From a virus (Duplodnaviria > Caudoviricetes): a stretch of DNA of 51,109 nt. Below are positions 29,689 to 38,128 of this stretch, in pieces (the stretch's first letter is position 1; the number at the start of each line of letters is the position of its first letter). A model generated the notes under the pieces. The model was not told the origin of the DNA. It saw only the letters and a list, made by a program, of their open reading frames with translations, and did no database searches. A program made the translations under genes and the position numbers. The DNA is taken from positions 1 to 51,109 of the IMG/VR virus record IMGVR_UViG_3300035493_000046; one strand, written 5' to 3'.

Positions 29689-29964
29689 ATGACTAAAAAG
29701 ATTATATTCAAAAAGAGTAGTGTAGTAGGGAAAATTCCAACCACCTCTGATTTGGATGTTGGTGAAATTGCTATTAACTTAGCAGATAAAGCCATCTACA
29801 CAAAAGATGTGTCAGAAAATATAATAAAATTGACAAAAGACCTGATTGATCCTGACCAAGACGCACCTGACGATGGTGGTCTTTATTTAAGAAAAAATGG
29901 TGGTTGGGCGCAAGTGGAATGGGAACTTGACGAGGAGGGAAACTTCCTCCTACACATTATATAG
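29689..29964 (+). CDS. Stand-alone T4 gp37-like N-terminal fibre domain
   Basis: IIFKKSSVVGKIP...L.VGEIAINLADKAIYTKD resembles the T4 gp37 N-terminus. Confidence 0.65.
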   Translation: MTKKIIFKKSSVVGKIPTTSDLDVGEIAINLADKAIYTKDVSENIIKLTKDLIDPDQDAPDDGGLYLRKNGGWAQVEWELDEEGNFLLHII

Positions 29965-30035
29965 AAAAATGTGGCTTTAAACTCAATAAATATAATAAAC
30001 ATATTTTTATAAATTTTCTTTTAAGGAGAAATTAA

Positions 30036-30437
30036 ATGGCTTTAACTTTTGATACAATTAATATTGCTGGTAAGACAACCGAAGTTCTAACACTGGCAGG
30101 AACTGGCGATACTCGTGAGTTTATTCTTAAATCAGTTTTAACCGAACGTGAGTTGGCTGTATTTGATGATATTAACACAAATGGTGTTGGTGCAACCCTT
30201 AAAGAGAAAATGCAGGCATGGACACTTTCTAATGGTCGTACAGCATTTGATGTTTATAAATCAACCATCCGTGTTTACTCATCATACAATACAGGAATGG
30301 TTAAGTTAGTTGGTGAACAAACAAAATCATCTGAAGTTGCGGCACTTTTGGTTAAGATTTCAGAAATCCAAGCAATTATTGCAAGTGAAGAAACTGATGA
30401 AGACAAAGTAATCGCAATCGGTCAAGTTCTCGCTTAA
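30036..30437 (+). CDS. Hypothetical late protein
   Basis: AAGGAG SD; AATAAATA upstream; followed by a terminator. Confidence 0.75.
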   Translation: MALTFDTINIAGKTTEVLTLAGTGDTREFILKSVLTERELAVFDDINTNGVGATLKEKMQAWTLSNGRTAFDVYKSTIRVYSSYNTGMVKLVGEQTKSSEVAALLVKISEIQAIIASEETDEDKVIAIGQVLA

Positions 30438-30464
30438 TTATTAATATTATTTTCAACTTTTAAA

Positions 30465-30499
30465 AGCCCCTTAATTGGGGCTTTTTTGTACTATAAATA
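30465..30499 (+). terminator. Terminator copy 3 followed by late promoter TATAAATA (30492-30499)
   Basis: AGCCCCTTAATTGGGGCTTTTTTGT then AC-TATAAATA. Confidence 0.8.
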
Positions 30500-30537
30500 A
30501 ATGTGATATTTTAAAATTAAAAAAAGAGAGAATTGAT

Positions 30538-32082
30538 ATGAGCAAAAGTCAATATAATATTGATTATGACTCAGTTAAGAAACCGCAAGATGACACCCCC
30601 TTAACGCCAAAAGAAATATCCGAGTGGTTGAAGTGTGCCAATGATTTTTGGTACTTCGCCACCAAGTATTGCTATGTGGTTGGACCAAAGGGTAAAGTTT
30701 TATTTGAGCCTAGACCTTATCAGGTCGAAGCAATGAATAAAATACTTAATAATAGATTTTGCGTAATCAATTCTCCACGTCAAACGGGCAAGTCCGCAAT
30801 GGTTGTTCTATTTGTTCTTTGGGAACTTATATTCAATGAAGATGTTACTTCTTCGTTGGCTTCTTATAAGCTATCGGGTGCTAAGGACTTGATGACCCGT
30901 TTTAAGACGACATACCAAGCACTACCTAGCTTCTTAAAACCTCCAGTAACAATATTCAACCAATCAGAGGTTAAGTTCACAAATGGCTCATCTGTATTTG
31001 GACAAGTTATTAGCGAAAATACTGGTCGTGGTAGAACAATAACAGGAACATTAGCATTAGACGAATTAAGCTTCGTATCAGAAGATATTGCTAGGGCGGC
31101 TCACGGGTCTTATATGCCTGCACTTGAAGCTGCTGGAGAAGATTCTACTACGAAATTATTGATAATTTCTACGCCTGCGGGGACAGCAGGTTTATATGCC
31201 GAACTTGCATTTGGTGCAATGAGTAATAGTAATGGATTTATCTATCATAAGGTTGACCCATCCTCAATCCCCGGAAGACAAGACCCTAATTGGGAAAAAA
31301 GAAAGATTAAAGAAGTTGGTATTCTAGCATACCGCCAAGAATATTTAGGGGAGTTCATATCAAGTAAACCCCTACTCATATCATCTATCAAAATCGAATC
31401 AATGACACCAAAAGAACCTGTTAAGTTGATGCTAGATGATAGTTTAAAAATATTCACAAATTCCTTTAAGGGCAGAGACCTTATCGTTGGGGTTGATGTC
31501 AGTGAGGGTGTTGGTGGTGATAATAGTGTGTTTCAGATATTTGATGTTGAGACACTTGAACAGCTTGCAGAATATGCCAATAACATGGCAAACCAAAACC
31601 AATACGTGAAGGATATTCTTCAGACACTTCGTTATGCGAAATCTGAGGGATGTGGTGAGATTTATATGGGCGTGGAGTCCAATGGTATAGGTAATGGGGT
31701 TTTAAGGCTTCTAGAGACCTCTACGGATAGCATACTTGATGATGTGATTATGATTAATGATGTAAACAAGGATGGAATGCCAACAGGAAAGCCAGGATTA
31801 ACTACCACTAACCATAAGAAGATGGAAGCCTGTGGTCAATTTAAGGCTTTGATTGAATCAGACAGGATGAAACTCAATAGTGTTGAACTGATTAATGAAC
31901 TTAGATTCTTTATGAAGAAAGGTAACACGTTTAAGGCTGAAGGTGGAAACAATGATGATAGAGTTATGGGTGTCATCATGGTTATGTATATGTTAGCCCA
32001 ACTATCCAACTACGAAGAATCCATTGATAAGGCTATAAATGATATTGATGAAGCTGAAGAATGTTGGGGTATTGCCTTCTAA
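30538..32082 (+). CDS. terL: Terminase large subunit (T4 gp17-like)
   Basis: PRPYQ, SPRQTGKS (Walker A), LALDE (Walker B), ISTP.G, YRQEY, VGVDVSEG and DDRVM; ATG 30538 preferred. Confidence 0.95.
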   Translation: MSKSQYNIDYDSVKKPQDDTPLTPKEISEWLKCANDFWYFATKYCYVVGPKGKVLFEPRPYQVEAMNKILNNRFCVINSPRQTGKSAMVVLFVLWELIFNEDVTSSLASYKLSGAKDLMTRFKTTYQALPSFLKPPVTIFNQSEVKFTNGSSVFGQVISENTGRGRTITGTLALDELSFVSEDIARAAHGSYMPALEAAGEDSTTKLLIISTPAGTAGLYAELAFGAMSNSNGFIYHKVDPSSIPGRQDPNWEKRKIKEVGILAYRQEYLGEFISSKPLLISSIKIESMTPKEPVKLMLDDSLKIFTNSFKGRDLIVGVDVSEGVGGDNSVFQIFDVETLEQLAEYANNMANQNQYVKDILQTLRYAKSEGCGEIYMGVESNGIGNGVLRLLETSTDSILDDVIMINDVNKDGMPTGKPGLTTTNHKKMEACGQFKALIESDRMKLNSVELINELRFFMKKGNTFKAEGGNNDDRVMGVIMVMYMLAQLSNYEESIDKAINDIDEAEECWGIAF

Positions 32083-32279
32083 CTCTTCTCTTTAAATTTT
32101 AATAAAATATTCTTCTAATGATTAGTTAATTTTCTCTATCCGCTTAAGGCAAGATTAATATTCTTACTCAAATCAATAGAAAAAAGAGAAGAAAACTAAA
32201 TAAAAACAACGACTTATAAGAAAATTCATAAATTCTTAAAAATGACTGAAATTTGCCTAATTTTTAAGCAGAAAATGTG

Positions 32280-32308
32280 TTGACTTTTGCTAAAATTTCC
32301 TATAAAAT
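32280..32308 (+). promoter_or_regulatory. sigma70-type promoter
   Basis: TTGACT-17-TAAAAT. Confidence 0.65.
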
Positions 32309-32344
32309 AAATTTTAGTTTTCAAAACACAAAGGAGAAATTGAC

Positions 32345-33037
32345 ATGATTCTGCACATACCACATAGTAGCCACATACTTCCGAATGATAAAATTGTTGA
32401 AGAACATCTAAGTGTGTTTGAACTGACTGATTGGAGAACTGATGATTTATTTCAGAGTGTGGGATCAGAAAGATTGGTGTTTCCTTATACTAGGCTGTTT
32501 TGTGATGTTGAACGTCTCGTCAATGACCCATTAGAATCATCTGGGCAGGGTATTATGTATCGGAAAGGATATGATGGTGAAATAATCAATATGAAAAAAT
32601 ATGGATTCAGTGACGAAGAAAGAATGCAACACTACCACGACCATCATAATAAATTGGAAGCATTAGTGATGAACCAGTTATCCTATAATGGTAAGTGTGT
32701 TCTAGTAGATTGTCACTCTTATTCGGATAGACAAGCACGCGCCACCAATACTCCTGATATTTGTATTGGGTCTAACTTAACAACTTCTAAAAAGCTAATC
32801 GAGTTAGTCGCCTATGAGTTTTTGAGTAAAAGGTATACAGTTGGGTTGAATGTTCCGTATGGCAACTCAATCTTACCTAACAACAAAAATATTGATGGGT
32901 TGGAAAGTATTATGATTGAAGTTCATAAGAGAACTTATGTTGATGTGGATTTATTGGAAGATACGCCCCAATATGATGTAGTCAAGAACGACATTTCTGA
33001 AGTTCTTGACTTGATTAAGGACTATGAGTTCTCTTAA
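32345..33037 (+). CDS. N-formylglutamate amidohydrolase family protein
   Basis: LHIPHS, TDW.TD, RLFCDVER, Y..HH, DCHS, PDICIG, N.PY and SIMIEV motifs. Confidence 0.85.
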   Translation: MILHIPHSSHILPNDKIVEEHLSVFELTDWRTDDLFQSVGSERLVFPYTRLFCDVERLVNDPLESSGQGIMYRKGYDGEIINMKKYGFSDEERMQHYHDHHNKLEALVMNQLSYNGKCVLVDCHSYSDRQARATNTPDICIGSNLTTSKKLIELVAYEFLSKRYTVGLNVPYGNSILPNNKNIDGLESIMIEVHKRTYVDVDLLEDTPQYDVVKNDISEVLDLIKDYEFS

Positions 33038-33624
33038 CGTTTCATGAAGACAACTACGGTGGGGTTATCCATTTCAACCTCACCACGAGAATTAACATAG
33101 TAAGAAATTCCATTGATGATAGCATAAGGCTCACCAACTTGTCCTGTGGTTAGAGAACGATCAATCTTAAATCCATGACGGGAATATAAGCGATATAGTA
33201 AACCATCAACACGACCAGATGAATCAATCTCAGCAAAGCAGTCTAATTTCTTAGCACCACGTCTTACAGCATCGGCAACAATGGCATGACCTGCTGAACG
33301 AGCAGTAGAGAATACTGATACTAACTCACCTTGTCTTGTTAAGGCATACCCTGCTGTGTTGTTTTTGCCAATAAAACACATCATTTTATCATATTCCGCA
33401 ACACTATATACTGAAAGGTCTTCTAATCCTTTTGGTGTATCTCTTAGCTTGTCTGCTCTGATAAGTCTTGTTAAGATTTGATGAAACACTCTACCAGAGA
33501 CTTGATTAAAGTTATCCTCATCCCCTTGTTCTAGTGGGTATCCTTTTTGAAGTTGCCAACTTGGTGTTCTCCCAATATCAGTAAATGCTTCTTGAATTGC
33601 TTGTCGTACTAGTTCTTTAATCAT
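33034..33624 (-). CDS. Putative GNAT-like internal virion protein
   Basis: GYAL...GELVSVFS...G......AV.RGA..LDCF....L..LY..HGF; N-terminal MIKELVRQAIQE. Confidence 0.5.
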   Translation of the reverse strand: MIKELVRQAIQEAFTDIGRTPSWQLQKGYPLEQGDEDNFNQVSGRVFHQILTRLIRADKLRDTPKGLEDLSVYSVAEYDKMMCFIGKNNTAGYALTRQGELVSVFSTARSAGHAIVADAVRRGAKKLDCFAEIDSSGRVDGLLYRLYSRHGFKIDRSLTTGQVGEPYAIINGISYYVNSRGEVEMDNPTVVVFMKR

Positions 33625-34139
33625 GATTTTATCCTTGTTAACTTTGATTTGTTTAAAATTCCATAAGTAATAACATTACCTAAATGTGACTGCATACCTT
33701 CTCTAAGAATGATTGAATCATATCCCATTCTTTTTATGATGTCTGTTACTGCATTTGTGTTGACCCATTCCCATACCATCTTGTTAGATGAATTTGGTAT
33801 GGCATCCAAGTCATCATCAATTTGTATAGCATCATCTCTTTTGATTTTTCCTATTCGCATCAACTCCATGAGTTTGTTTCTTAACCTTGACGTTATTTCA
33901 TCAAGCGGAACAGTTGTTTCCGCTGAACGAAAACCTAAATCAAGTGGGTTTAGCCTTGACAATCTAAATGAAACAACCTCACCACCACCAGCATACATAC
34001 TAGCGTGTTCCTGCGAAGAAGATACCCATACGACGTTTTGTTTATATGAATCGCTATATTTGCCACTCACCCCACGATATACCGTCTGTGGTGTTGATAT
34101 GCTTTATCTTATTTGCCTTTGTATGAGGTATTTAATCAT
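33621..34139 (-). pseudogene. ADP-ribosyltransferase-fold-like protein with an in-frame TAA at codon 12
   Basis: ATG 34139 after AAGGA: MIKYLIQRQIR*SISTPQTVYRG...WVSSSQEHASMYA...GYDSII; TAA at 34106-34104. Confidence 0.6.
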
Positions 34140-34143
34140 CAAT

Positions 34144-34509
34144 TTATCCTTTAATTTTCTTTAACTCGTATAGACTTTTTCTATCAACTACTTCACCATC
34201 GACATCGTGACTCTCTAACTTTTTTGTTTTGTCTTTTTGTACCAATGCCATTTTTTGATAGTTGATTTTAAGCTGTTCTTTTTTAGCCATAGCATCTTTT
34301 GCCTGATTCAAGAATCGTTCAGCAATCTCTAAATACTTGGTTCTGTTCTTTGGTTCTACTAGACTAATGACTTCCATTTGTTCTTTATATGCACTGAGGC
34401 TAAGATTGATTATGGTATCAAGGTCAGGATTGTCAGGAATCTCAACTGTCCCCAAGTCTTCCATATACCCATCAACAATATCAAATTGTTCATCTAATGG
34501 ATGTTTCAT
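34144..34509 (-). CDS. Possible terminase small subunit
   Basis: 121-aa helical protein near terL under an AATAAATA late-type motif; only pattern resemblance (M..VEP....LE.A..FL..A). Confidence 0.4.
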   Translation of the reverse strand: MKHPLDEQFDIVDGYMEDLGTVEIPDNPDLDTIINLSLSAYKEQMEVISLVEPKNRTKYLEIAERFLNQAKDAMAKKEQLKINYQKMALVQKDKTKKLESHDVDGEVVDRKSLYELKKIKG

Positions 34510-34885
34510 ATACCTCTCTCATTTTTCTCTTTTAAGTATATGTATTTATTTGGGTATTTCCTTCCATGTAAACTCGATAGCCACAGTAGCCGATTGGTTT
34601 GACTTGACGGGACAGTTGGATTAGAATAAACTATGGTTAAGTTTTCTTGTTGTGATTGCCTATTAAGTGGTACACCAGACTCTATAGAAGTCCCCAATGA
34701 AGTAATATCAGGATTCTCATAGAGTTCAATGATGATGGGGGAGGAGGAGGAGGAGGAGGAACACTAGAACTAGCCGCTAGTGGGTTAAATCGCGTCACTG
34801 CACCATTCGTAACACCCACAAATTTAATGGACTGTCCTGATGGAATTTGAACTATTTTAGAGATGGAATAAGTTTGTGTTTGCAT
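34506..34885 (-). pseudogene. Late gene probably frameshifted at a (CCT)6-C5 tract (track ORFs 34682-34885 and 34506-34697)
   Basis: A second frame is open from the tract to 34506: ..PPP/IIIELYENPDITSLGTSIESGVPLNRQ..YSNPTV. Confidence 0.55.
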
Positions 34886-34926
34886 TTTATTGTCCTTTGG
34901 TATAAGATTAATACGCTGTCAACGAG

Positions 34927-34934
34927 TATTTATA
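34927..34934 (-). promoter_or_regulatory. T4-type late promoter for the minus-strand cluster
   Basis: TATTTATA on + strand = TATAAATA on - strand, about 40 nt before ATG 34885. Confidence 0.75.
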
Positions 34935-34950
34935 AAAAGGAGAGAAGAAA

Positions 34951-35259
34951 ATGCAAGTGTATGAACTGATGAAAATATTGGAAAGAAACAGAAACATGAG
35001 CGATGAAGTTGTGATTGAGGTTAAAGTTCCATCCTCTATAGGGGCAACCCCAACAGCAAACATTTGTAATGTTAAATTTGGTTTTGACTGGGATAAGGGA
35101 AAGGTTATTTTGGAACCAGAAGAACCGTTGGTAAAGGCTGATATTGATAGACTAAAACAGATTAGAGAACTCGCAGAAGAAAATGCGAAACTTAAATATG
35201 AGATTAAGAACCTACAGAAAGGTATAGAATGGATGCAAGAATCATTTCATACATTTTAA
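34951..35259 (+). CDS. Hypothetical protein
   Basis: AAGGAG SD; GFDWD.GK motif plus coiled coil. Confidence 0.75.
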   Translation: MQVYELMKILERNRNMSDEVVIEVKVPSSIGATPTANICNVKFGFDWDKGKVILEPEEPLVKADIDRLKQIRELAEENAKLKYEIKNLQKGIEWMQESFHTF

Positions 35260-35273
35260 AAGGGGAAAATGTT

Positions 35274-35492
35274 ATGATTGAAATTGAAGGTATTCTGGTA
35301 GATGCTACTCATATATGGGCTATAACACCCATCGATAAGAATGATGATGGACTTTATCAGTTTGATGTTATGGTTAATGTAGGAACAGTTAAGGTTAAGC
35401 GTGATAGTTTAGAAGAAGCTGAGAAAGAACGCGAAAGGTTGGCTGATGTTAAGGCAAGCTTAGAAAAGACTGGCGAAATGTTATTAGGTTAA
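35274..35492 (+). CDS. Hypothetical protein
   Basis: ATG 35274 after AGGGG. Confidence 0.7.
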   Translation: MIEIEGILVDATHIWAITPIDKNDDGLYQFDVMVNVGTVKVKRDSLEEAEKERERLADVKASLEKTGEMLLG

Positions 35493-35519
35493 TTGATAAA
35501 AAGAGAAGGAGATTAGAAT

Positions 35520-36551
35520 ATGGGTTTAGAGAAATTTAGAAAGAGTTTAGAAAAGAAAGGCAAATTCAATGTCGGCTTTAGTCCGATTCCAGACTGGTTT
35601 TGCACAGGTAATGCCGCATTGAATGAAATTATATCAGGAGATATGCGTAAAGGGGTGGCAGTTTCGCGTAGCACTATAATTTCTGGGGTTCAAGGAACAG
35701 GGAAGAGCTTTCTTTTGAGCAACATTTGTAAGAATGCACAAAAGAAAGGATACACAGTTGTCTATATTGATACTGAGTTCTCTGTCGGTGAAGGGTTTAT
35801 GGAAAAAATTGGAGTAGATATGTCAGAAGACAAATTCATTCCAGTCAACTTAACTACAATCGAAGATACAATTGCGTTTGTTGCAGACTTATTTAAAAAC
35901 ACTGAGCCAGAGGAAAAGATTCTCATTGCACTGGACAGTTTATCAAATCTGCAACCAGAAGGTGACGTAAACAAATTCGATGACGCAAAAGTTGCATATT
36001 CCCAAGGTTTGCCCCAAAAGATGCTCAAGCAATTAGTAAATAATATTAATGGAAAAATAGGTAATCGTAATGTAGCTTTCGTATTCACTTCGCATATGTA
36101 CGTAGCAGGTAGTGATGCGTATGGTAATCCAGTTTTGAAGCCTAATATTGGTGAGGGTACTATGTTCCTACCATCTATCGGTGTCCAACTTACCAAGAAA
36201 CCACTAAAAGAAGGGAAAGAATTATCTGGCATCACGGTATCTTGTAAAACATTCAAAACTCGATATACTAAGCTTGGTAAGACTTGTTCATTCGATTTGC
36301 CTTGGGATACTGGTATGGACTTCTTAGATGGATCTCTTGACGTTCTAATCAATGCTGGAATCGTCGATCAAAATGGTGGGTGGTTGAAGTATGTAGACCG
36401 CGAAACTGGTGAAGAGGTCAAGTTCCAACGGTCTAGTTATAAAAACCACGCTGATGTTCTCATGCAATATTATTCTGAATATTCTGGAGAAATGGTTGAG
36501 AAAGAAGAAGGCGAAAGCAACTTGGAAATGTTGAATAATCAAGAACAATAA
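35520..36551 (+). CDS. uvsX: RecA-like recombinase
   Basis: TGN.ALN.IISG, GVQGTGKS, YIDTE, LDSL and KTRY motifs. Confidence 0.92.
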   Translation: MGLEKFRKSLEKKGKFNVGFSPIPDWFCTGNAALNEIISGDMRKGVAVSRSTIISGVQGTGKSFLLSNICKNAQKKGYTVVYIDTEFSVGEGFMEKIGVDMSEDKFIPVNLTTIEDTIAFVADLFKNTEPEEKILIALDSLSNLQPEGDVNKFDDAKVAYSQGLPQKMLKQLVNNINGKIGNRNVAFVFTSHMYVAGSDAYGNPVLKPNIGEGTMFLPSIGVQLTKKPLKEGKELSGITVSCKTFKTRYTKLGKTCSFDLPWDTGMDFLDGSLDVLINAGIVDQNGGWLKYVDRETGEEVKFQRSSYKNHADVLMQYYSEYSGEMVEKEEGESNLEMLNNQEQ

Positions 36552-36555
36552 AGTC

Positions 36556-36577
36556 GGGGAGCATTATGCTCCCCTTT
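36556..36577 (+). terminator. Intrinsic terminator
   Basis: GGGGAGCA-TTA-TGCTCCCC-TTT. Confidence 0.7.
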
Positions 36578-36603
36578 CTCTTTAATGCTTATAAAATCTC
36601 TAG

Positions 36604-36632
36604 TTGACACCTTTCAGAATATTTGTTATAAT
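36604..36632 (+). promoter_or_regulatory. Consensus sigma70 promoter
   Basis: TTGACA-17-TATAAT with TG extension. Confidence 0.85.
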
Positions 36633-36659
36633 TTACTCATTATCAAAACTGGAGGAAAT

Positions 36660-36891
36660 ATGACCACAAACCTAAAAACTTTACGAACATGGTGGACTTG
36701 AGTGGAGATATATTGTAAAGAATGTCGATGAGCCTGATATAGACACGCATTGGACTGATGTTACTATCATTTATGGAGCATCTGAAGCTAGACCCCAACT
36801 TCTTTTAAGAGAGAATTTAAAAGAATCAAAATATAATGAAGAAGAACTTCAGAAGGTTATTTTTAAACATTTTATGGAGACTTATAAGTGA
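36660..36891 (+). pseudogene. Small gene with a +1 frameshift near codon 7
   Basis: GGAGG+ATG gives 13 aa; deleting 1 nt around 36674-36682 gives a 76-aa ORF MTTNLKTYEHGGLEW...METYK ending in a GTGA overlap with the methylase. Confidence 0.65.
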
Positions 36892-37394
36892 AAAAGAACG
36901 CATTTACGCACGACAATATTAATAATAAATCGGTTGATTGGTATACACCGCCTGAGATTTTTGAAGACTTGGGTGTTCAGTTTGACCTCGATCCATGCCA
37001 ACCAGAAGAAAAGATTTCTTGGATTCCTGCTGATAAGCATTATTCATTAAAAGACGATGGATTGGTACAGCCTTGGTTTGGAAATGTTTGGCTAAACCCT
37101 CCTTATGGTAAGCACACGATTGATTGGTTAGCTAAGATGCACGAACATCGTGATGGTATTGCTTTAGTGTTTGCTAGAACTGATACTAAGTGGTATCACG
37201 AATATGTTGCTAAGGCTGATGCGATTCTTTTTATGAAAGGGAGAGTTAAATTTGTTGATGGTCTAGGGGTTACTGGAGGAAATGGTGCTGGTGCTGGTTC
37301 AATGCTTATCGCGTGGGGCGAACATAATGCTGAAGCCTTAGAACGCTATCAGAAAAAGAATGGCGGTCATCTTGTCAGAAATGTGGGGGATTAA
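36888..37394 (+). CDS. Phage DNA N6-adenine methyltransferase (Dam-type)
   Basis: WYTP, FDLDPC, DGL..W.G.VWLNPPY, ARTDT.W and GRVKF motifs. Confidence 0.9.
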   Translation: MKKNAFTHDNINNKSVDWYTPPEIFEDLGVQFDLDPCQPEEKISWIPADKHYSLKDDGLVQPWFGNVWLNPPYGKHTIDWLAKMHEHRDGIALVFARTDTKWYHEYVAKADAILFMKGRVKFVDGLGVTGGNGAGAGSMLIAWGEHNAEALERYQKKNGGHLVRNVGD

Positions 37395-37850
37395 ATGGAC
37401 ATAAACTTATTTAACTCATATAAGAAAGAATTAGAAGATTTGAATGAAACGTTTGAGTCTTACTTCACGGAGTTTGAACAAGAGATGCTCATTGAATCGG
37501 TGAAGTTAAAGGATGCCTTAACAAGTCAAGTAAAACTCCAGTTGGTATTTGAGACATTTTGCTCTAAGGCAAAAAAACTTCAATCGTTTATTGAAGAAGA
37601 AATGGATAATGCCTTCTCTGAAGCCTTGATTAAGATTACATCAGACAACTACAAGGACATTAAGATTTCAGAAGCCAGAGAGACGGCTAAGGCAGATATT
37701 GCTTATAGAAAATATAGAAGACTTAATATTGAAGCAACAGGTTTAGTGAATGACGCTAAGGCCGCACTGGAAACAGTAACAACAAGACGGTATGTCATGA
37801 ACAGCATGACTAACTCCATCGTTGCGTCAGTGGAGAACACAATTTTATGA
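37395..37850 (+). CDS. uvsY: Recombination mediator UvsY-like
   Basis: Helical 151 aa between uvsX and uvsW. Confidence 0.55.
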   Translation: MDINLFNSYKKELEDLNETFESYFTEFEQEMLIESVKLKDALTSQVKLQLVFETFCSKAKKLQSFIEEEMDNAFSEALIKITSDNYKDIKISEARETAKADIAYRKYRRLNIEATGLVNDAKAALETVTTRRYVMNSMTNSIVASVENTIL

Positions 37851-38128
37851 TAATGAATAGAATTGGTGAAATTGATAGATTCTTAGCTACTTGTGACTTT
37901 CAATTAGTTGATTACTATGAACAACTAACTGTAGAAGAATTGTTTAGTAAAAAAGAAAAGCTTATAAAAGAACTTGATATTGCCATGAAATTGAAAAGAA
38001 CCACAAACAAATCTACAAAATACATAACAGATGTCATTGATATAGTGGACTTGTTGATAGAAAAGGATATGCTAGTTACCATGTATAAAATGGAAGAAGA
38101 CAAGCAAAAGGGGGTAATACTTGGCTAA
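37847..38128 (+). CDS. Hypothetical protein
   Basis: Overlapping start/stop codons with its neighbours. Confidence 0.7.
   Translation: MIMNRIGEIDRFLATCDFQLVDYYEQLTVEELFSKKEKLIKELDIAMKLKRTTNKSTKYITDVIDIVDLLIEKDMLVTMYKMEEDKQKGVILG

Noticed and set aside
14422-30499. Repeated palindrome as CRISPR repeats or IS ends
   Set aside because: Copies are kilobases apart, follow transcription-unit ends and carry T-tails; they fit terminators
32083-32344. tRNA or structured ncRNA in the AT-rich spacer
   Set aside because: No cloverleaf, T-loop motif or stable stems seen; only a promoter is supported
34104-34106. Stop-codon reassignment explaining the in-frame TAA
   Set aside because: TAA, TAG and TGA all end well-defined genes here and the standard code gives dense coding
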